Source: Hemiscyllium ocellatum
Taxonomy: Eukaryota
Length of the DNA: 64,000 nt
NCBI RefSeq assembly: GCF_020745735.1
Contig: NC_083412.1
Coordinates: 71,576,320-71,640,319, forward strand
Direction of reading: 5' to 3'
The notes below the pieces were generated by a model that ran no database searches, was not told the origin of the DNA, and worked only from the letters and a program-made list of their open reading frames with translations. A program made the position numbers and the translations under genes. Below, piece after piece: positions 62,901-64,000 of this stretch. Numbering within the stretch: the stretch's first letter is position 1; every line of letters starts with the position of its first letter.

Positions 62901-64000
62901 ATTCCAAACGGCAGCACTAAGTGCAATTTCCTTCCATTCTATGCATCTAGTCATGTCTACTGCCATGTTAGTGATGCCCTGCATTGCTACTGCTGGTTTG
63001 GCAAACTATATTGATAGCTCCATTAAAAAGCTTTATTTAACAATGATTTTATTTAACATTGTTTTGTTTTTATTTTTAGACCCTCCGTCTTCCACTTTGT
63101 GGTTAGCAATTCACACTAACCAATAAAGTTCATTTCTACCCTTAAAATGAATCCGTTCAAATGTCTCCCTCCAGAGAATCAACGTGCCAGAATCCTTTCA
63201 TAAAGGAAAATAACTCAATTTTTGTTAGCAGCCCTAGGAGGTAGTTATTTTAATTTTGACAGTGTATACTGAATATGTGAGACTGCCTCAGGGCATTTCT
63301 ACAGTGTACTCCATCCACATAGATGGGCTAATTCAAGCTGTATGCATTTTAATACTTTGAACCTGACAGACTCTGACAGTAACTGTGAGCTGTTAGCCTC
63401 TAGCCATTCTGAGCTGAGGGAATATCCTCTCATAACAGAGAAAAGAATATCTCAGGAATGCTAGTACTTGTCATAAATCATTAGGAAGAGTCAGCTATTA
63501 ACAACTATCAAGAGTTATCCATGCATCTGGAGGTCTCATCTGATTTGCCCAGGATGTAAGGGAATGGTTTTGGACAGTACCTCTGCCTTAGGGACAGGCA
63601 ATTTGTTAAATCGGTCTGAACACAGTAGCTGAAGCGTTAACTCAATGCTAATCCAATGATTAATTAGTAAATGCAAATAAAAATTGTCTATTGTGCCAAG
63701 TGGTGTAAAATGGAGAAAATAAAAATCTTTAGCATTCCTTAGTGACGGTCTCAGTAGGAAAGTCTGAATCATGCCAATTACAGAAGCCAAAAGGAATAGT
63801 GAGAGCAGGAAACATACTGAAACAAGATGGGATTACAGAGAGGAGCAGCAGTGATCAGTGTATATTTAGTCTTGGGATAAGCAGTTGAACATATCTGTTT
63901 GAATAAATCAAAATGTCCAAATATTTGAATTGCTTGAATGGAACTTATAAACAATGAGGACAATGTGTTGACCACCAGGAATTCAGCTGTATATGGCACT

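Noticed and set aside
63080-63130. Strong polypyrimidine acceptor followed by AATAAA (possible terminal exon)
   Set aside because: Short unrecognised peptide; such signals are common by chance in AT-rich DNA
1-64000. CRISPR array, prokaryotic operon or host protein-coding gene
   Set aside because: No regularly spaced repeat-spacer array; content is vertebrate TEs; remaining 60-160 aa ORFs have no recognisable domains

Overview
Repeat-dense, AT-rich vertebrate non-coding DNA (intergenic or deep intronic). The repeat content points to a shark, probably a carpet or bamboo shark (inference): HE1 V-SINEs, SacSINE1-like Deu-SINEs, many CR1 LINEs and Neptune-type Penelope elements. I could not identify a host-gene exon with confidence. 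The large elements are: a young 5'-truncated CR1 with an uninterrupted 637-codon RT ORF (36348-38261); two decayed Mag-type Gypsy LTR elements (9504-11754 minus, 48519-54618 plus); and two Penelope RT/GIY-YIG copies (30760-32533, 52144-54361). The second Penelope copy sits inside the Gypsy element with a perfect 14-bp TSD and has a single nonsense codon. The most striking system is a set of about 12 Penelope pseudo-LTR derivatives built around a minimal type I hammerhead ribozyme motif (CTGA[T/A]GA-stem II-GAAAC-GT[C/T]). Several are tiny (about 130-220 bp) stand-alone insertions with their own 9-16 bp TSDs, and several are palindromes with two back-to-back ribozymes. Their breakpoints cluster at the ribozyme's 5' edge. 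In one copy the ribozyme centre has been replaced by a templated copy of nearby DNA. Family names come from recalled consensus features, not database searches, and boundaries of old repeats are approximate.
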